Shown here one piece after another: positions 63,675 to 64,000 of a DNA stretch of 64,000 bases. This stretch comes from an uncultured Acidimicrobiaceae bacterium (GTDB lineage: Bacteria > Actinomycetota > Acidimicrobiia > Acidimicrobiales > RAAP-2): the NCBI GenBank assembly GCA_963825965.1, contig CAWGUX010000012.1:545881-609880 (forward strand), read 5' to 3'. The notes under the pieces are model-generated. The model saw only the letters and a list, made by a program, of their open reading frames with translations. It ran no database searches and had not been told where the DNA came from. Each line of letters opens with the position of its first letter. The stretch's first letter is position 1. The position numbers and the translations under genes are program-made.

Positions 63675-64000
63675 AGTAGGTGCAAGCCCTCCTGCCCCGG
63701 GAGGCGGTCGACCCGGCGGTCGATGCGTTCGAGGATCTGACCGCCTTTCTCGCCGGCGAAGAGATAGCGCACCAAGAAGCCGACTTCGCGGCGCGGCATC
63801 ACGCCGGAGCCGACTGGCCGCCACCGGTGTGCGAGCGCGAACCGAGTGAGGTGTTGCGCCCTGGTGCTGGCGCCGAGACGCCGGGTCGCCTCCGATGCAT
63901 AGAAATCGATGTGCGAACCCTCTTGTTTCATGATGCGACGCAGGAGCTCGCGCAGGGTCGGGTGGCCGGCGGTCTCGGCGAGGCGCGCGTACCCCGCTTG
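63675..64000 (-). CDS. hypothetical protein, partial (5' end outside the window; 3' end uncertain), possibly ferritin-like
   Basis: The minus frame reads ...GHPTLRELLRRIMKQEGSHIDFYASEATRRL...GEKGGQILERIDRRVDRLPGQEGLHLL. The listed ORF 63419..63931 runs on antisense into the SRPBCC gene, which I take to be read-through. Confidence 0.35.

Overview
High-GC (roughly 70% by eye) chromosomal core region with the gene order typical of Actinomycetota. The conserved backbone runs xerC, rpsB-tsf, pyrH-frr-cdsA, dxr-rseP-ispG, proS, rimP-nusA-ylxR-infB-rbfA-truB-ribF, rpsO-pnp-M16 peptidase-dapB, dapA-rnj, ftsK, thrB, miaB-miaA-dapF, hflX, dapC-dapD-dapE. Accessory genes sit between these blocks: an orphan family-5 solute-binding protein followed by a two-component system; two paralogous TetR genes flanking a rhomboid protease, with a diiron protein downstream; an MFS-GDPD pair; a membrane GAF-GGDEF-EAL gene; a secreted repeat-plus-SGNH hydrolase; a radical-SAM gene with a LexA box; an envelope-glycan-looking cluster at 46.5-53 kb; and a visibly AT-richer 2.5-kb insert between dapF and hflX. 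I saw no rRNA, tRNA or CRISPR array. The dominant anomaly is technical-looking. By manual reading, about 30 of about 53 genes, including indispensable ones (S2, UMP kinase, DXR, IF-2, FtsK), can only be read by changing frame one or more times, mostly by one extra base. I label these pseudogene in the table, but I consider uncorrected indel errors far more likely than real gene decay. I found no recognisable defence or toxin system. The best candidates for real novelty are the dapF/hflX island, the 46.5-52.4 kb surface-glycan module, the repeat-SGNH protein, and the structured 770-bp non-coding region at 35.1-35.9 kb. All coordinates of frame junctions and all counts are by-eye estimates.
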